64,000 bases of DNA, taken from the NCBI GenBank assembly GCA_963777315.1, contig CAVZQC010000002.1, positions 160,001 through 224,000 of the forward strand. The letters run 5' to 3'. The position numbers and the translations under genes were made by a program. The DNA is from Vulcanimicrobiota bacterium (GTDB taxonomy: Bacteria > Vulcanimicrobiota > Vulcanimicrobiia > Vulcanimicrobiales > Vulcanimicrobiaceae). The notes below the pieces were generated by a model. It was not told the origin of the DNA and searched no databases. It was given only the letters and a program-made list of their open reading frames with translations. The number at the start of each line of letters is the position of its first letter. Position 1 is the stretch's first letter. Positions 58,613 through 64,000 of the stretch are shown here, piece by piece.

Positions 58613-59968
58613 ATGAACCCTTCGGGTCCGGTTCGTCTGGCGCGCCGGTTAGGCGTCTACGATGCGGCGCTCATCGTCATGGGCGGCATCATCGGTTCGG
58701 GAATATTTCGCAATCCTTCGGTCGTTGCGGCGCGCGTGCATACGCCCGCGCTGATTCTGATCGTATGGGGCTGCGGCGGCGTCGTTGCGCTGCTGGGAGC
58801 ATTGATCTTCGCCGAGCTTGCCGCCAGACACCCCAGCGACGGCGGTCTGTATGCGTACATGCGCGATGCGTTTCATCCGGTCGTAGCGTTCATGTACGGG
58901 TGGACGCTGCTGCTGGTTTCGCAAAGCGGAGGCGCTGCCGCGTCTGCAATAACGTTCGCCGGCTACCTGCAGCGGGTGCTTCCCGGGCGCCACCCCGGCG
59001 AGCAAATCGTCGCCGTGGGCACGCTGGCGTTTTTGACGGTCGTGAATTGTTTGGGCGTGCGAGCAGGCAGCAACGTGCAAAACGGTTTGATGCTGCTCAA
59101 GATCGGCGCGATCGGGGCGCTGATCGTCGTCGGGCTGGTCGCGCAGCCCGCCGCCGGAGCAAATGCGCCGGTCCCGGGTTTCGGCAATACGCCCGATATG
59201 CTGACCGCTATGGGCGTCGCCATGATCCCCGTGCTGTTTGCCTACAGCGGATGGCAAACGTCCAGCTTCATGACCGCCGAGATGAAACATCCGCAAAGGA
59301 CGCTGCCGCTGGGCATGCTCTGGGGCGTTGCGGCAGTCGTTGCGCTGTACATGCTGGTGAATTTCGTGTGCGTGCATACGCTGGGCTCGGGACGGCTGAT
59401 GGCCACCGATACGCCTGCGTCGGACGTTCTGCAGCTCGTGTTCGGACCTCGCGGCGCGCAAGCGATTGCCGCGGCGGTGATGCTGTCCACGTTCGGCTTC
59501 ATGAGCAATCAGATCCTCACCTCGCCGCGCGTCTATCACGCGATGGCGCGCGACGGCGTGTTTTTCAAACCGGTGGGATGGGTTCATCCGCGCACGCGCG
59601 TGCCGGTCGTGGCGATTGCGCTGCAAGGTTTGTTTGCCGCGATCATCGCGCTGTCGGGACGCTACGATCAGATTCTGAATTACGTCACGTCGGTCGATTA
59701 CGTCTTTTTCGCGCTGGCGGCGATTGCGCTATTCATCTTCCGCGCCAGGGAATCGGGGCGCGCCGGGGCGCACGCCGGTTTCCGCGTCCCCGGCCATCCG
59801 GTATCTACCGGCATTTTTCTGATCGTATCCGCAGCGGTCGTCTTGGACACGTACGTGAAATATCCGGGCAACAGTCTCGTCGGCCTGGCAATTCTGCTGC
59901 TGGGAATACCGGTCTACTGTATTTTCATCTACGTTTCGCGGCGCGCCAAGATCCCGACGGGCTCCTAA
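58613..59968 (+). CDS. APC family amino acid permease
   Basis: IIGSGIF, AELA..P.DGGLY.Y, FAYSGW, PRVY.AMARDG. Confidence 0.92.
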   Translation: MNPSGPVRLARRLGVYDAALIVMGGIIGSGIFRNPSVVAARVHTPALILIVWGCGGVVALLGALIFAELAARHPSDGGLYAYMRDAFHPVVAFMYGWTLLLVSQSGGAAASAITFAGYLQRVLPGRHPGEQIVAVGTLAFLTVVNCLGVRAGSNVQNGLMLLKIGAIGALIVVGLVAQPAAGANAPVPGFGNTPDMLTAMGVAMIPVLFAYSGWQTSSFMTAEMKHPQRTLPLGMLWGVAAVVALYMLVNFVCVHTLGSGRLMATDTPASDVLQLVFGPRGAQAIAAAVMLSTFGFMSNQILTSPRVYHAMARDGVFFKPVGWVHPRTRVPVVAIALQGLFAAIIALSGRYDQILNYVTSVDYVFFALAAIALFIFRARESGRAGAHAGFRVPGHPVSTGIFLIVSAAVVLDTYVKYPGNSLVGLAILLLGIPVYCIFIYVSRRAKIPTGS

Positions 59969-60411
59969 ATCTCGAAATCACCGCATGCGATCGGCGTCTT
60001 GGGATGAATTGCGTCCTCGACCACGATCGCATAGCGTCCGCTCTTGATGTCGCCGACCGTCACGCCGGGAACGTACGTCGACGATTTTCCGTCCACGACG
60101 GGATGCAGGGGTTTCCACGGAACCTTCGCCGGGCGCGTACAGTTGCTGCGCCCGATGTAGGCAGCCTCGGCTTCCCCATGCGGTTCGTTGTCCAACCGGA
60201 CCGCGACGTCGACGCCGTGCGACTCGTCGCCCATGCTCGCGCTGCCGAACTGGTTCGAATGACGAAGCGCGCCCATGTTGACCGTCAGCAGGTGATCGGT
60301 CATGGCGTTGTGGGCGACGTGCAGCGGATTGATCTGCCGCACGGGTTGGCTGCCGTGGCAGGATGCGAGCGCCACGGCAGCCGCCGCCAGAACGCAGGTG
60401 CGTTTGCGCAC
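59965..60411 (-). CDS. Lipoprotein, His-less paralog of 60416-60937
   Basis: LASC lipobox; shares NPLH.AHNA, PWKPL.PVVDG and CGD with its neighbour. Confidence 0.75.
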   Translation of the reverse strand: MRKRTCVLAAAAVALASCHGSQPVRQINPLHVAHNAMTDHLLTVNMGALRHSNQFGSASMGDESHGVDVAVRLDNEPHGEAEAAYIGRSNCTRPAKVPWKPLHPVVDGKSSTYVPGVTVGDIKSGRYAIVVEDAIHPKTPIACGDFEI

Positions 60412-60415
60412 GAAG

Positions 60416-60937
60416 TTAGAGCATCAGATCTCCGCAGGAGACGTACGTTTTCAGGTCGTTGGCGCTCTTGTGAACGTTGATCGCGTACTGACCCTTTTTG
60501 ATCTGCGCGACGCTCACACCCGAAAGATGCGTCATCGAGTTGCCGTCTACGACCGGATTGAGCGGCTTCCACGGCGCGGGGTTGAGCTTCTTGCACGTGC
60601 CGCGATGGATGTGCGCGGGTTCCGAAACGCCTTTGGGCACGGATTTGAGGTGGATCGCCACGTTGACGCCGCCGTTGTGATCGACGACGCTGGCGTTTCC
60701 GGCTTGCCCTGAGTTATTTTGCTGGCCCATGTTGATCTCCAGGCTGTGCCCGGCGATCGCGTTGTGGGCCGCGTGCAGCGGGTTCATCTGTTTGACTTGC
60801 TGCGAGCCTGCGTTACCGTTGGTCCCCGGGTTGTTGCCGGCGTTCTTGTTGTTGTTGCCGCCTCCGCCTCCGCAGGCGGCCAACGTCACTGCCATTCCGA
60901 GGGCGATCGCAATCGATGCGACTTTCGCTTGCTTCAT
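60416..60937 (-). CDS. Lipoprotein with CHRD/Cu-Zn-SOD-like domain
   Basis: LAAC lipobox; PAHIHRGTC...YAINVH...CGDL. Confidence 0.75.
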   Translation of the reverse strand: MKQAKVASIAIALGMAVTLAACGGGGGNNNKNAGNNPGTNGNAGSQQVKQMNPLHAAHNAIAGHSLEINMGQQNNSGQAGNASVVDHNGGVNVAIHLKSVPKGVSEPAHIHRGTCKKLNPAPWKPLNPVVDGNSMTHLSGVSVAQIKKGQYAINVHKSANDLKTYVSCGDLML

Positions 60938-61050
60938 TGATTTCCTCACGAAGAGAACAGGTAGGTCGCCCAGGATTATTGCCCGATATGTTCGCGCGCT
61001 AACAGCCTAAGCGGGCGCCCTGCTGCCGAAAGCCGTTCTATTCCACCCCA

Positions 61051-61088
61051 AAGCAAAGAGCCCCGCGAGGACCGCGAGGCTCTTTTGC
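61051..61088. terminator. Intrinsic terminator after groEL
   Basis: AAAGAGCCCCGCG-aggac-CGCGAGGCTCTTT hairpin with A/T runs on both sides. Confidence 0.75.
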
Positions 61089-61109
61089 ATCCAGTTCGGG
61101 CCGCCGAGA

Positions 61110-62777
<1,668 letters not shown>

Positions 62778-62787
62778 TCAGACTCCT

Positions 62788-63093
62788 TTAAACGCCGGCC
62801 GGGACTTTGTCGACGATGGCGAGTACGTCTTTTTCAGAGATGATGAGATATTCTTTGCCGTCGATCTTCACTTCGGACCCCGAGTATTTCGAGTAGATGA
62901 TCCGATCGCCGGTCTTCACGTCCATGGAGAGTTTAGTGCCGTTGTCGAGCGTGCGGCCCGTTCCGACGGCGCGGACTAGCCCTTCCTGCGGCTTTTCTTT
63001 AGCGGTGTCCGGAAGAAACACGCCGCCGGCGCTTTTGTCATCCTGCTCGACGTGCTCGACGACCACGCGATCGGCCAAAGGCTTGAGATTCAC
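62788..63093 (-). CDS. groS: Co-chaperonin GroES
   Basis: [33 protein letters not shown] precedes GTG at 63093. Confidence 0.98.
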   Translation of the reverse strand: MNLKPLADRVVVEHVEQDDKSAGGVFLPDTAKEKPQEGLVRAVGTGRTLDNGTKLSMDVKTGDRIIYSKYSGSEVKIDGKEYLIISEKDVLAIVDKVPAGV

Positions 63094-63210
63094 GAAAATC
63101 CTCCAAGTATCAAATTCATTGAAGAAGCGGCTTCCGAAGCGCTGCCGAGCCGAGCCGAGCGTCACGCAAAGCGTGCCGTCGGGCCGAGCCCGTCGAAGCG
63201 CCGGAGCCCG

Positions 63211-63274
63211 CTGGCGCTCTTAGCAGTAGACTGCCAGCCTCGGAATTTTAGCAGACTCCGATGGAGACTGCAAG
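63211..63274 (-). promoter_or_regulatory. groES sigma70 promoter with two CIRCE-like operators
   Basis: Minus strand TTGCAG-N17-TAAAAT (63273-63245). CIRCE-like CTGGCGCTC-N9-GACTGCCAG (63211-63237) and TTAGCAGAC-N9-GACTGCAAG (63248-63274). Confidence 0.78.
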
Positions 63275-63315
63275 TGGTTTTGACGGGCAGATCGAGCCGG
63301 GTCGGGGACCAGGCC

Positions 63316-63768
63316 TCAGGTGCTGAAAGAGCCCACCGGGCCCACGGGCGAGCAATTGGAGGATGGCTGGTTCACGTACACGTTCACGACCTGGCTGGGC
63401 AGAAACGTGAAGCCGGAATAGGAGCTGCTCTCGTATTTCGGGTTTGGAAAGGACGGCGTTGCGTTGGGGGTGGGGAAGGGCGGCGTCACCGACGTGAGCG
63501 TCTGCCCGGGGATGCCGTTCGGGTTCACTGCGTCGGTTACTACGATGTTGTAGCCCGAGCCGAGCGCGGTGGTCGACCCGATGATGACTTGTCCGAATGT
63601 GCCCGGCACGCTCGTTGCGCCCGGCGCGGGATACACCAGCACGGTCGTATCGCCGGCAGGGGTCGGACATGGCGTTGACGGTGCAGAGGGGCCGGTACTC
63701 GAGTTGTTGCAGGCGGCCAGCGCTATGGCGGCGGCGGTTACGGCAAACCAGACGGCAAAGCGTTTCAT
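63316..63768 (-). CDS. Pro/Ser/Thr-rich lipoprotein, hypothetical
   Basis: MKRFAVW...LAAC lipobox and a Cys pair. Confidence 0.72.
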   Translation of the reverse strand: MKRFAVWFAVTAAAIALAACNNSSTGPSAPSTPCPTPAGDTTVLVYPAPGATSVPGTFGQVIIGSTTALGSGYNIVVTDAVNPNGIPGQTLTSVTPPFPTPNATPSFPNPKYESSSYSGFTFLPSQVVNVYVNQPSSNCSPVGPVGSFST

Positions 63769-64000
63769 AGTCGGTATATTCCCCCGATTCTCTGAGTTTT
63801 TGCCAAGCAAATGCGTTCGGAGCGAGAACGCCTGCGTCGATGAATCGAGCGCAGTTTCTCGCCCTGTCCGGTTCGGCGTTCGTTACGCCGGTCGCGCCGC
63901 AAGGACGCACGTTTTTCCCGGTGCTGCGTTCTGCGCCGTATCCGCACGCCAGCAGGTCGAACGGCCACGTCTACCAGGGAAAACTCTACGACGCGCCCGC

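Overview
GC-rich bacterial chromosomal segment with about 52 CDSs. No rRNA, tRNA, CRISPR array or transposase was recognised. It combines Firmicutes-like gene order (infC-rpmI-rplT, spoU-yqzL-pheST-cvpA, CIRCE operators) with TonB-dependent outer-membrane receptors, which suggests a diderm Terrabacteria lineage such as Eremiobacterota (inference only). Housekeeping genes include infC, rpmI, rplT, pheS, pheT, lon, groES/groEL, glpK/glpD, rocD, uppS and tag, alongside many secreted hydrolases and peptidases. Features the ORF track misses or splits: (1) SelD is a selenoprotein with an in-frame UGA; (2) infC probably starts at ATA, behind an attenuator-like leader; (3) a 34-aa Phe-rich YqzL-like ORF and a hairpin precede pheS; (4) CIRCE boxes precede hsp20-lon and groES; (5) two large exported-protein genes (a ~1,920-aa LamG/Pro-Thr surface protein and a ~1,260-aa TonB receptor) are each frameshifted at the same coding-strand motif GCAGTCTGC; (6) a tandem pair of uncharacterised Pol-beta-like nucleotidyltransferases lies divergent from the surface-protein operon; (7) a candidate peptide-utilisation locus is headed by a STAND/LuxR regulator.
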